DNA of 64,000 bases from Eledone cirrhosa (taxonomy: Eukaryota): the NCBI GenBank assembly GCA_964016885.1, contig OZ024742.1, positions 202,244,001 to 202,308,000 of the forward strand, given 5' to 3'. Below, piece by piece: positions 42,401 to 53,900 of this stretch. The notes beneath the pieces were generated by a model that was not told the DNA's origin, did not search any database, and saw only the letters and a list, made by a program, of their open reading frames with translations. Both the position numbers and the translations under genes were made by a program. Each line of letters opens with the position of its first letter. The stretch's first letter is position 1.

Positions 42401-42406
<6 letters not shown>
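42245..42406 (-). mobile_element. (TA)n-embedded fold-back element with the 3' half of a hammerhead ribozyme (Penelope pLTR-like, family A)
   Basis: Shares the GGACCATAACGC..CTCAATA.TTAGGGTAGTA tail with copies at 47363, 51968, 53138 and 55856. Inverted arms GAAAAGAGTCAGGACCCCGA / TCGGGGTCCTGATTCTTTTC. Minus strand reads GAAAC-GGTCGGAGCTCAGCC-ATC-GGGG. Confidence 0.6.
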
Positions 42407-42431
<25 letters not shown>

Positions 42432-42473
42432 CAGTATATATATATGTATATATATATATGTATATATATATGT

Positions 42474-42525
<52 letters not shown>

Positions 42526-42594
42526 TATATATATATGTATATATATATATGTATATATACAGTATATATATATGTATATATATATATGTATATA

Positions 42595-42626
<32 letters not shown>

Positions 42627-42671
42627 CAGTATATATATATGTATATATATATGTATATATATATGTATATA

Positions 42672-42715
<44 letters not shown>

Positions 42716-42717
42716 CA

Positions 42718-42795
<78 letters not shown>
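42405..42795. repeat. Compound (TA)n microsatellite with recurring ACAGT/TGTA interruptions
   Basis: Directly visible. Confidence 0.95.
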
Positions 42796-42797
<2 letters not shown>

Positions 42798-42878
42798 TGT
42801 ATGTATACTTTGCTCTACAAAAGCCGTAAATTCGACTTCGTACATTGATTGCTATAGGTATTATAATTCAATACTCAC

Positions 42879-43130
42879 CACATCAATCATCTGTGACAAA
42901 CGTATTCCGAGTTTTACTGTCAGTTTGTCCGTATTATTTCCAACTGGTCGTATTAATTTGTTGTATCCACGTTTGCGAAGTAAGTCGTCGTAGAGTCTTT
43001 TGGCATCATGGTTGGCTAAACATACAAAGAATACACTAGATAGCACTAAAATATAGCCGAAAAGCTTGCTTGTCAATGACGTACCCGCGAAACACGGCGA
43101 CCAGTAGCGCTCCTTCTGTGCTGTGGCCAT
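42879..43130 (-). CDS. First coding exon (84 aa) of a nicotinic acetylcholine receptor subunit (Cys-loop pentameric ligand-gated ion channel)
   Basis: ATG in good context (AAAAATGG). Hydrophobic signal peptide ([17 protein letters not shown]), then [45 protein letters not shown], the hallmark nAChR N-terminus with an N-N-T sequon. Ends at phase-0 donor GTG|GTGAGT (42878-42873), a conserved nAChR intron position after IDV. Alpha versus non-alpha cannot be decided without loop C. Confidence 0.95.
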
Positions 43131-43163
43131 TTTTTAACGAGTGTTTTGGGTTTGGGGTGACAC

Positions 43164-43196
<33 letters not shown>

Positions 43197-43285
43197 TTGT
43201 TGTTGTATCTTCTTCTTCTTCTTCTTCTTCTTCTTCTTCTTCTTCTTCTTCTTCTTCTTCTTCTTCTTCTTCTTCTTCTTCTTCT
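43164..43285. repeat. (GTT)n followed by (TTC)n trinucleotide tracts just upstream of the nAChR ATG
   Basis: (TTG)n at 43164-43206 and (TCT)n at 43208-43285; read as (AAG)n then (AAC)n on the gene strand. Confidence 0.95.
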
Positions 43286-43349
43286 CGTTCTTGTTTGTGT
43301 TCTTGCTGTTGTTTATATATGGCCTAGGCGGAGAAAAATATTCATATGT

Positions 43350-43530
<181 letters not shown>

Positions 43531-43982
43531 GCGAACAAGAGAGAGGAAGAGAGGCAATGTAGGGTTAATGTGAGAGTGAATGAGAGAGAGGGTGTGGGGT
43601 GGAATGTTGTGTAGAAAAGAAGAGAGAGCTTGATAGAGAAAAATATCAAAAGAGAGTGAGTTATACTGTTTTAGTAACAAAGAGAGGAGGAGGAGGGACA
43701 CAAGGTATTTCAGTAAAGAATTAGTAGGAGGGGTAGGGACGGGGGATAAAAGAAAGAACAAAAGGCCGAAAGAAAGAGAAATCTGGAAGTATTTTCAGTT
43801 GTTAAAGAAAAGTTTTACACTCTATCTCCTTCTCTCTATCTCTGTCTATCTGTGTGTCTATATCTCTTTCTCTCTCACTATCTAGCTACTTATCTACTCC
43901 TGTCTATATATCACTATATCTTTGTCTCTCTCTATATATCTAATCTATCTATCTATCTATCTATCTATCCTTATATATATTT

Positions 43983-44298
43983 CTAGGGCGGGTAAAATTC
44001 CCGAGATCTATGGACGAGTTCTCTCCAGCGGTCTCTGTCCCTTATTATCGCTGCCATGTCCTGCGTCTCCAACAGACCAGTGTCTGTCCTTAGGGCATCA
44101 ACATACGTTAACCTTCGTCTTCCTCTTCCAGTGTGTCCATGTAGGGTCTCCCACAGGAGCACTGAGTGCAGTGTCAATTCTGGATGTCGGTGAGCATGTC
44201 CAGCTAACCTCAGTCTCCTCTGTGTCACTTTTGAGCTGACGTTTGGGAGGCTCCCATACAGCTCTGAGTTTTTCATCCTCAGTTTATACTGATTAATG
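43983..44298 (-). mobile_element. 3' fragment of an RTE-clade non-LTR retrotransposon (C-terminus of the RT ORF)
   Basis: KNSELYGSLPNVSSKVTQRRLRLAGHAHRHPE...VLLWE..HGHTGRGRRRLTYVDALRTD...RDRDRWRELV matches the typical RTE C-terminal RRLRxAGH / RGRxRxTxxD / DRxxW signature. Confidence 0.85.
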
Positions 44299-44299
44299 T

Positions 44300-45480
44300 C
44301 TCCTAACCTAGCAGACACCTTAGGAACAACGAACCACAGTAAGATCACCAAGACACAGCACCTTAGCACAGACGCACCTACACCTGACAATAACTTTATC
44401 GGCTTGTAATGGTGCTAACGACAGGTGCCGGAGCGTAGATAACAACGTAGATAGCAATAATGATAACCTTACCGTGGGAATTAGAAGGAACCGCGACAGA
44501 AATTGCAACTGCCGCGACAGGGGACACTGCCCCCTTAGAGGATACTGCTTGATTGACAGGGTTATATATAGGTGCACTGTAAGTAGCCACAATAGCGTTA
44601 AACATTATATAGGGGCTACCTCTGTGCGTTCAAAATTAGATTTCGAACACAACTCCACTCTTTCACAAATATGAAATTAAGACACTCCACTTCGCTCGCG
44701 GACTACATCACATCATTAAAAGACATCAGATTCTCCACGCATTGGGATATTGTCAGCAGGGCTTACACCGTACAACTTCAAGAGGAAGTGCGATCTTTGC
44801 CTCATGGAGCTCTACTACATCATAACTGCATCCCACGAGCTCATCAACAGCAGAGCTGAAACGACGATAAGCTGGACACATCGCTTAAAAATATCCTTCT
44901 TCAGATGGGATAAGGATGAGTAGTGAAACCGTGTACTGGGTCTCTCTGCAATAAACTTTAACACCTCGGCGGCAGGCGCTGCAAAGAAAAACATCCAGGA
45001 GACTAACCATTGCATCCCATACCCAGCTTCAAATGACCCAGGCGGGCAGGTGCAGAAACAAACGTCTCAAAATAAGCGTTGATTACCTGACCCTGTGCGT
45101 ATCGACAATGGTAACTGATAAAAAATTTGTCCGGGAGAGACTGCTCTAACACCGGTCAGAGTTACCTCTCTTGACCTACTGCAAAATCAAAACACGCTTT
45201 TTTGCGAAGAATGAACTATGACGTGAACTTAACCCCCAAAACACTTTCCGAGCAATGTAAGGAACACTTTTGGTTATTTATGCCCTTGAGGAGCCCAACT
45301 GGGCGAAACGTACGTAGGTGCTGCTTTAAATAAACATGTTTTAACGGTCTGTTCTCCGATTTCTTACTTTTCCACGTGCTTACGCTCTGCTAACTCTCTC
45401 GCCCACTAATTATTAACACTTCTAATATTTAATACTGCCGGCACTAGTATTGAGCACCTTCTGCATACGGTATTTGGCAA
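44300..45480 (+). mobile_element. 5'-truncated, frameshifted Penelope-like element (Naiad-type): zinc knuckle, GIY-YIG endonuclease and 3' pLTR
   Basis: CNCRDRGHCPLRGYC (CxCx5Cx5C) from 44504, then VIY...HYIGAT. After frameshifts: HSTSLADYITSLKD..WDIV and PYNFKRKCDLCLMELYYII...LINSRAE, with stop at 44921-44923. Downstream hammerhead and AATAAA. The 3' end is approximate. Confidence 0.85.
45281..45321 (+). ncRNA. Minimal type I hammerhead ribozyme (Penelope pLTR type), C3U variant
   Basis: TTGAGGA (45286-92), helix II GCCC-AACT-GGGC, GAAA, palindromic helix III ACGTACGT, GUA triplet. AATAAA at 45329-45334. Helix I is only weakly paired. Confidence 0.7.
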
Positions 45481-45546
45481 ATATCACCTATCCTTCCTTT
45501 TTTTCTCTCTCTCGATACGTAAATACTCTATTACATATATGTATAC

Positions 45547-45577
<31 letters not shown>

Positions 45578-45579
<2 letters not shown>

Positions 45580-45615
45580 CTGGGTGTCTCAAAATACTTT
45601 TTGAGGACACCCTGT
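45578..45615. mobile_element. Tiny Tc1/mariner-like MITE remnant
   Basis: TA-CTGGGTGTCTCAAAA...TTTTGAGGACACCCTG inverted termini, related to the 50712 and 57464 copies. Confidence 0.45.
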
Positions 45616-46100
45616 TTATCCCTCTATTTACATTCTTTCATCTTTCTGCCATTAACTCTATCTTACCTGTCACTTTATCTAGGCCTCTACCTTTATTTCT
45701 ATAACTTAGCCTATTTCAATCTAGCTACCTTCCTATCACTTTTTCTATCTACCACTATCACTATCTCTCAATCTACCTCTTGCTATCTCTTTCTCTCTTT
45801 CTATTTCTCTCACCCTCTACATATCTGTTTATTTATCTATCATCCTATCTACACAACTTTGTCGTACCCCCTCCCTCTCTCTCCCTCTGTCTACCTGTCT
45901 CACCCCCCCCCCCCCCCCCACACACACACCACCCACTGCTCTGCTAGTTTGCCTAATGTTGGCTTCCAATAAATATAGGTTGTTGATACGAAAAGTGTGA
46001 TGTGAGCGGCCCATGTGGGACGTAAGTAGAGTACAATGATGATAGTGGTGCTGACAGATAGATAGAGAGACATACAGACAGATAGATAGAGAGAGAGAGA

Positions 46101-46182
<82 letters not shown>

Positions 46183-46474
46183 GGGTACATAAATAGATAG
46201 GTAGGTAGCTATCTAGCTAATTGCTGGCTAGATAGATAGATAGAAAGATATATAGATAGATAGATAGATATTGAAAATCAATATGCTAGCTATAATGCAG
46301 ATGACTGATAATTATAATAGTTGAATAAATCGAGTAAATGTTCCCTAGAGACGGAAAAAAGTGGACAGAGACGACTGCGAGAATTGAACAACGTATAACA
46401 TCTCGTACGTCGAAGAAGTGCATTGAGTAATTACATTGAAGTATACCTTGCCACACATACACACACACACACAC

Positions 46475-46586
<112 letters not shown>

Positions 46587-47149
46587 AATTCAATCTCCAT
46601 ATAAGTGGTATTGTATTTTTCTATTGTTTCATTATATCTATGTAATCCCTAATATCATATCTATTTATTCCCACTTAATTGATTTTTTTTTTTATTTTGC
46701 TTACTCAGTAAATATTGTACGGATGTGTTTACCTTTGGCTTTTGTTTTTGTTTTTTCATTTTCTCTTTCACTTTCACTTAGGGAAATGTAATGGCGCTGT
46801 TGCTACTCAAAACTTAGCATTTGTTTTAACAGTTATTAATGAAGACCGTTGATTTTTTTATATATCATGTAATTATTCTGACATAATGATGCCGTTTCAC
46901 TGCCCTTCTTTATTTCATCATTTATACTTTCTCTGGTGACATAAATTAGCAGAATTAATAACTAATTCATTGAATCAATTTTCAGATTTTATTATATGGA
47001 GCCATCTATTTATCTATAATATAACTTGAGTTTTCAATTATCTTTTGTTCACTTTTTTGTAGAAACAGGTATCAGAAGACTGATATTTTCCATATTTCCA
47101 AGTTGTCGGAGTCTTTTGGGTGTCGAATTTAAAACGTCGGTATTTATTC

Positions 47150-47215
47150 CGATTCTCTGGGGTCATGCCCGCTGAGATCAACGTTATTCTTCATCCTTTT
47201 GAGGTCGATAAATTT
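47150..47215 (+). mobile_element. Degenerate SINE core fragment
   Basis: CCCGCTGAGATCAACGTTATTCTTCATCCTTTTGAGGTCGATAAAT resembles the SINE core above. Confidence 0.5.
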
Positions 47216-47323
47216 TCTCTCCATACACTGGAAGAAATCCGCTCTGTTCCGACATGGAGAGGGATGGGTTCTACTAAATATATAGATTGTCCATCAGGAA
47301 TTAAGAGCCCATTCCTTTACTAT

Positions 47324-47362
<39 letters not shown>

Positions 47363-47366
<4 letters not shown>

Positions 47367-47514
47367 CGAAGGAATTTTGGTAAGGAACCAGATGGACCAT
47401 AACGCTCCAGAGGACTCAATACTTAGGGTAGTAGAGTAATAGGAAAAAGTATGACACCGACGGCAGAGCTCAAGCCGTTTCGACGGCTATTTCTGGACTC
47501 ATACTTTTTCCTAT
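47363..47514 (-). mobile_element. Family A fold-back / hammerhead-half element in (TA)n
   Basis: Minus strand AGAAATAGCCGTC-GAAAC-GGCTTGAGCTCTGCC-GTC. Inverted arms ATAGGAAAAAGTATGA / TCATACTTTTTCCTAT. Confidence 0.65.
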
Positions 47515-47712
47515 ATATATATATATGTATATATATATAAACCTATATATATATGTATATATATATATATACATATATATATATAAACACAAATTTAAAT
47601 TTTGAAAACGAAAACAATGCGCATGCAGAATGTTAAATTGCCAAGAAAGTTTGTTTCCTATTCAACAATGCTTCAAGCAATCTACAAAATTCTGTTATAT
47701 ATATATATATAT

Positions 47713-47774
<62 letters not shown>

Positions 47775-47955
47775 ATATATTATATATATATACAGAGAGA
47801 GATACGGGTAATGAGAGAGTCTGCTGTGCTGAAACCGGGAAGACAACTAATCATGGGAGTACTCAATGCATGGGGAAATGCAGAGTATGGAGATATACAC
47901 AGAGACCAAAACAGTTTGGCGCCGCGGTCGAGATTCTACATCCCTCTCTCTCTCA

Positions 47956-47989
<34 letters not shown>

Positions 47990-48334
47990 ATGACTGTGTG
48001 TGTGGGAATGTGTCATGCATATTGTTGTTTGCCATTAACGGCCTTTCTATATATTTCAGATTTATTGATCAATGTCTATAAATCTTACTCTGATTAAAGA
48101 AGGAATTTTGGTTGTGTTTCCTAGCAGATCGTGGGACACTATATTTGGGACCTTGTTAGCACGTGTGTACATATGTGTTTTACGTATAGTTTGAATCAAA
48201 TGTATATGTATATATATGTCAGACTGTCAGACAGTCAGACAGTGAGATAGAGTGACAGGCAGTTAGAGAGATATATAGATAAATAGATAGGTAGATGGAT
48301 GGAAGGGTGGATAGTTAGTTAGATAGATAGATAT

Positions 48335-48695
48335 ATTACTTTATTTGCCACTAGGGTGTACAAGAACTGGGACATTGCAAGACGTGACGGCGGGTATTTT
48401 ACATAGAAATTGTGTACACTTTAAAATTAATAAAATAAAATGAACTATATATTAAAATAAAATAACAACCGAAATCCCTAATAGGAGGGAACGTTACTGC
48501 GGGGTTGTTTTACACCCCGTAGATAGAACAACACCAGGAGCACGTTTTGTAGGTGTTCCCCTCTTCCCTCTGTTTGTCTTCCTCAACCTACAGGTTTATA
48601 TACGGAGAAGGCCCATTCACTCGGGCCATTTTTGCCACATTCCCCCATCTTCAGCGAATTTACTGGGGTGCAGCACCTCTCTCTCCGCTCTCACC

Positions 48696-48696
<1 letters not shown>
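48335..48696 (-). mobile_element. Possible 3' end of an L1/Tx1-like retrotransposon inserted in (GATA)n
   Basis: Minus strand VRAEREVLHPSKFAE, then a frameshift, then RWGNVAKMARVNG...stop. A 3'UTR-like region ends in AATAAA. Flanked on both sides by (TAGA)n. Confidence 0.4.
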
Positions 48697-48793
<97 letters not shown>

Positions 48794-48822
48794 TGATAGA
48801 CAGATAGAGATAGATAGATAGA
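48697..48822. repeat. (GATA)n tetranucleotide microsatellite
   Basis: Directly visible. Confidence 0.95.
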
Positions 48823-49060
48823 AAGATGCATAGAGGTACACGTGTATACATGTAGGTAGTTAGGTTAATAGGTAGGTTAGTAGGTAGGAAGGGAGGGTGG
48901 CGGAGACAGATAAATATACAGTAGTAGAAAGAAAAGTATAGAAAACTTCAACACAAGGCTGAACAGATGCAACCTCATGCACGTATATAAATACACATAC
49001 AAACACGCATATATGTAATTGTATCATACAAACTTACATGTATATACATACATTTATATA

Positions 49061-49092
<32 letters not shown>

Positions 49093-49113
49093 ATCATTCA
49101 TACAAATATGCAT

Positions 49114-49164
<51 letters not shown>

Positions 49165-49182
49165 AATGCATATTTGTATGAA

Positions 49183-49219
<37 letters not shown>

Positions 49220-49307
49220 TAGTCGATCGACTTTCGTCAAATCGGACCGAGGAAACTATGTTTCCGTTGGTCTTTCCAATTGCTAATACTATCTATCGGT
49301 CGCAACT

Positions 49308-49347
<40 letters not shown>

Positions 49348-50063
49348 TCCTTCATATATATATGCATATATTCATACATTTATACATATTTTTCATACAT
49401 AATACATACATATATATAATTGTCCATTGGCACGCATACATATATACATAAACACAAAGAGGTATTTAAACATATGTATACACACATGAATGCGTTTAGG
49501 TCGTTTAAAACACTCACATTTTTCAGACATATAATTGTGTAAAATACATACATACATACATTCATAGATATAAATGGATACATATATTGATAAATACATA
49601 CATAAATACTACATACATTCATACTTACATTCATAAATACATACATATATGCATACGTACATACATGAGTTTCATACATAACTTCATGCATACATATATA
49701 TATACGTACATACATATATAGATACACACTAATACATATATACATACGTGCATATATGAACACACATATACACATAATGTACATTTGAATTTTGGGTGTA
49801 TATGATTATTTATAGGTTTATGTGTGCGTGTGTTTGTGTGTATGTGGATGAATGTATGTGTGAGAGGGATAGAGCGAGTGAGAGGGTGAGAATCTCATAC
49901 ACATATGTAATCATAAACGAAAAAGTTCCACATGCATGTACATACACAGATTAACATATATATAAGCATATTTCAACATACCTATACACACAAGCACAGA
50001 TAAACAAACACGTGCATACACACACGCACGCACACCCACACATACACCCCCACACATATATAC

Positions 50064-50095
<32 letters not shown>

Positions 50096-50167
50096 CTCCA
50101 CCACCGGATCTTGTTACCCGGAGATTTACCCCATTTGCATTGTCGAGACTTCCAAACGACTTAAAGA

Positions 50168-50202
<35 letters not shown>

Positions 50203-50204
50203 TA

Positions 50205-50410
50205 TTGCTGGTTCAGTCATTAGACTGCGGTCATAACGGAGCACCTCATTTTTTGCTTTGTTCATATCACCTCCAGTAATAATTTTTCAAACCTGCTACA
50301 TGTTTCATCGATAGCTTTTTGTCAAACCGCTAGATATGGGACATAATATCACAGACGCAACGAGAAGATTCTTATAAACTAATTGAAACTGGAAACAATC
50401 CGGTTTTCAA
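50205..50410 (-). mobile_element. Degenerate second SINE-like repeat
   Basis: CAGTCATTAGACTGCGGTCATAACGGAGCACC...TTTTGTCAAACCGCTAG resembles a common cephalopod interspersed repeat (recollection only; single copy here). Confidence 0.3.
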
Positions 50411-50602
50411 AACACAGGTATATCTATATATCTATCTATATACATATATGGGGGGGGGGGGGGGGGGTCTGTATGTGTGTGTATTTAATATACCATTGCA
50501 CTCAAAGCATTGAGCCCTCAATAAGTGTGAGCCCAGTGTAAATTTTATTTTCTGAAGAGAGAAGAGACAGAAAATTCGTAGTTTTATCATAGCTGCTTCA
50601 TA

Positions 50603-50704
<102 letters not shown>

Positions 50705-50711
50705 GGGGAGG

Positions 50712-50796
50712 ATCCCAAAAAATGTTTATACACTAATAAATATTGCCTGTACAGGTAATCAAAGTGTGTATATACTTTTGGGGGGATACCCTGTAT
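50712..50796. mobile_element. Tc1/mariner-like MITE
   Basis: TIR-like ATCCCAAAAAATGTTTATACAC...GTGTGTATATACTTTTGGGGGGATACCCTGTA. Internal ACAGGTAATCAAAGTGTGTA is shared with 57464-57556. Confidence 0.55.
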
Positions 50797-50918
50797 ATAA
50801 AGACAGAGACGGAGAGAGAAATAAATAGATACTTATACTCAGACATGTATTAATACGTACATACATTCATACATACATATATATATATTATATATTTATA
50901 TGTATGTAAGTATGAATG

Positions 50919-50953
<35 letters not shown>

Positions 50954-50989
50954 ATGTATATACATTCATACTTACTTACATGCATACGT

Positions 50990-51290
50990 TCCTACATACA
51001 TACGTACATACATATATGCATACATAACTGCATATATACATATATAAATACGTACAAAGATACATACATACATACATACATACATACACACACAGGTTCA
51101 TACATACATACATACATACGTACATACATATATGCATACATAAATGCATATATACATATATAAATACGTACAAAGATACATACATACATACATAAATACA
51201 TACATACACACACAGGTTCATACATACATACATACATACATACATACATACATACATACATACATACATACATACATACATACATACATA
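50990..51290. repeat. (ACAT)n microsatellite with a tandem duplication of about 116-120 bp
   Basis: Markers TACG at 51001/51117, CGTACAAAGA at 51051/51167 and CAGGTTCA at 51093/51213. Confidence 0.85.
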
Positions 51291-51613
51291 AGGAATATAA
51301 TGAAAGAGAAACGTTGGTACGTACTTACGATGTTAGAGACGGACACACGAACACAGAGGTGAAAGACAGCAACAATCCACAATCAAGACGACGGCCGACA
51401 CAAAGTTGGGAACATGTTTATAAACAACTACAGGCAGCACAGCTGTACGGCTGTACGTTGAGTGTGCACATCATTACTGAAGCAGGACACACGCATGCGT
51501 ACATTCACATACACAAATAGACATAAATACACATACGCACTCACACACGAACACACACATACAGACACACACGCAGAGAAACACACACGCACACACTTAT
51601 GTGTGTATATATA

Positions 51614-51676
<63 letters not shown>

Positions 51677-51693
51677 GTATATATATAGATAGA

Positions 51694-51761
<68 letters not shown>

Positions 51762-51764
51762 GTA

Positions 51765-51831
<67 letters not shown>

Positions 51832-51930
51832 AATATATATATATATGCGTATATATATGTATATACATATATATATTGCATAATAAATATAACATATATA
51901 TATATAATATATATATGCATATATAAATAT

Positions 51931-51967
<37 letters not shown>

Positions 51968-51971
<4 letters not shown>

Positions 51972-52137
51972 CGAAGGTCTTGTGGTAAGGAAACAGATGG
52001 CCCAAAACGCACAGAGTACTCCATACTTAGGGTAGTAGAGTGTGTAGTAGAAAAATGTCTGACCCGTTTTGACGGCTTCTGTCCAGAAATAGCCGTCGAA
52101 ACGGCTTGAGCTCTGCCGTAGGGGTCATACATTTTCC

Positions 52138-52140
<3 letters not shown>
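51968..52140 (-). mobile_element. Family A fold-back / hammerhead-half element
   Basis: Same tail as 47363 and an inverted paralog of 53138-53331. Contains AGAAATAGCCGTCGAAACGGCTTGAGCTCTGCCGTA. Confidence 0.65.
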
Positions 52141-52175
<35 letters not shown>

Positions 52176-52249
52176 TATATATATATATAGGAAAATGTAG
52201 TATGTATATATATATATGTGTGCGTGTCTGTAAGTGTGTGTGTGTGAAA

Positions 52250-52423
52250 GATTCGGGACCCAGACATTCCAGACATTTCAACAGCTAGTTCGGAACAAGC
52301 TGTTGAAACGTTAGGAACTTGGCCGCCGGGGCCCCGAATCCTTCATATTACCTACTCTACTACCTCAAGTATCGAGTACTCTGGCGAGTAATGGTCTACC
52401 AGGTTTTTATTGCATCTATTCTG

Positions 52424-52428
<5 letters not shown>
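52250..52428 (+). mobile_element. Related (family B) fold-back / hammerhead-half element
   Basis: TTTCAACAGCTAGTTC-GGAACAAGCTGTT-GAAAC hairpin. Arms GATTCGGG / CCCGAATC. Tail TACCTACTCTACTACCTCAAGTATCGAGTACTCTG is homologous to family A. Confidence 0.55.
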
Positions 52429-52522
<94 letters not shown>

Positions 52523-52549
52523 ATATATGTATATATATATATATATGTA

Positions 52550-52634
<85 letters not shown>

Positions 52635-52665
52635 GCATATATAAATGTATATATATATATATGTA

Positions 52666-52730
<65 letters not shown>

Positions 52731-53108
52731 ATTATATATATATTTATTAAAATAACAGATTAAAGTTTAAGCAAAAATCGCTGATTTCACCCTTAACGGG
52801 ATCTTCTGAAACTAAAAAAGTCAATCTGTGAACGCAGAAGTAAGTATTTCAAAAAACGTTGCAGCCGAAGGAAGACAAGAAGACGATACTTTGGTACGTG
52901 GAAACGTTCCCTGGCAAAGAACGGAACAAAACGAAGATAATACGTCATTATGTGGAGCAATGAGAACAATTACACGGCGGCCGAGTACCTAACGTTTCAA
53001 CAGCTAGTTCCGAACTAGCTGTTGAAATGTCTGGGTCCCGAATCTTTCACACACACACACTTACAGACACGCACACACACGCGCACACACACATATATAT
53101 ATATACAT

Positions 53109-53137
<29 letters not shown>

Positions 53138-53139
<2 letters not shown>

Positions 53140-53331
53140 AGGAAAATATGTGACCCAGACGGCAGAGCTCAAGCCGTTTCGACGGCTATTTCTGGAGAGA
53201 AGCCGTCGAAACGGTTTGGGCTCTGTCGTCGGGGTCATACGTTTTCCTACTACCCACTCTACTACCCTAAGTATTGAGTACTCTGTGCTGCGTTATGGGC
53301 CATCTGGTTTCTTACCACAACTCCTTCGTTA
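53138..53331 (+). mobile_element. Family A fold-back / hammerhead-half element
   Basis: Imperfect palindrome centred in TTCTGGAGAGAA, then GAAAC-GGTTTGGGCTCTGTC-GTC-GGGG and the family tail to TCCTTCGTTAT. Confidence 0.65.
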
Positions 53332-53404
53332 TATATATATATATATATGTGTGTGTATATATATATGCATATATATATACATTATATATACGCATATATA
53401 TATA

Positions 53405-53472
<68 letters not shown>

Positions 53473-53705
53473 ATCAAAAGATGGTTAAAAGAGTTCCATG
53501 TATTTTATTATGCGCATTTCAAAAACAAATATCATCATGAGATGACATTTGCGTTTTCGTCAGATAAAATAGGGATACATGATATGAAGGTTAAAAAACA
53601 CTTGTGAATATTGGAGTTTTAAATCAACATAGAGTGCTACTTATCCGATATCTGCATTGCTTTATTGTACTACAATAAAACTCACCTCCTACATATATAT
53701 ACATG

Positions 53706-53739
<34 letters not shown>

Positions 53740-53850
53740 TATATATAAATATATATATATATTTATATATATATATATATATATACACACATGTGTGTGC
53801 GTGTGTGTTTCTCTGTGTGTGTTCTGTGTGTGTGTGTGTATATATATATA

Positions 53851-53900
<50 letters not shown>

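Noticed and set aside
42369-42408. Minus-strand YEKNQ resembling the expected DEKNQ start of the next nAChR exon
   Set aside because: It lies in the inverted arm of a repeat element and is preceded by (TA)n with no AG acceptor. It continues DPDSVRI-stop rather than an IMTTNVW-like sequence, so it is a coincidence.
42879-43130. Cephalopod chemotactile receptor (divergent nAChR-like)
   Set aside because: The sequence is a highly conserved canonical nAChR N-terminus with a conserved intron, whereas octopus chemotactile receptors are divergent and reported as intronless.
43311-43320. TATA-like ATATATAAAC upstream of the nAChR exon
   Set aside because: It cannot be distinguished from the ubiquitous TA-rich background, and there is no TSS evidence.
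43983-44390. 135-aa ORF with an apparent signal peptide, as a host gene
   Set aside because: It is a chimera of antisense Penelope sequence and an RTE C-terminus.
49217-49310. Short insert in (TA)n with small palindromes (AGTCGATCGACT, GGAAACTATGTTTCC)
   Set aside because: No convincing hammerhead core and no second copy in the window, so it is left unassigned.
50448-50467. Poly-G run (also poly-C at 45903) as a functional G-quadruplex
   Set aside because: These are simple homopolymers in a microsatellite-rich background with no supporting context.
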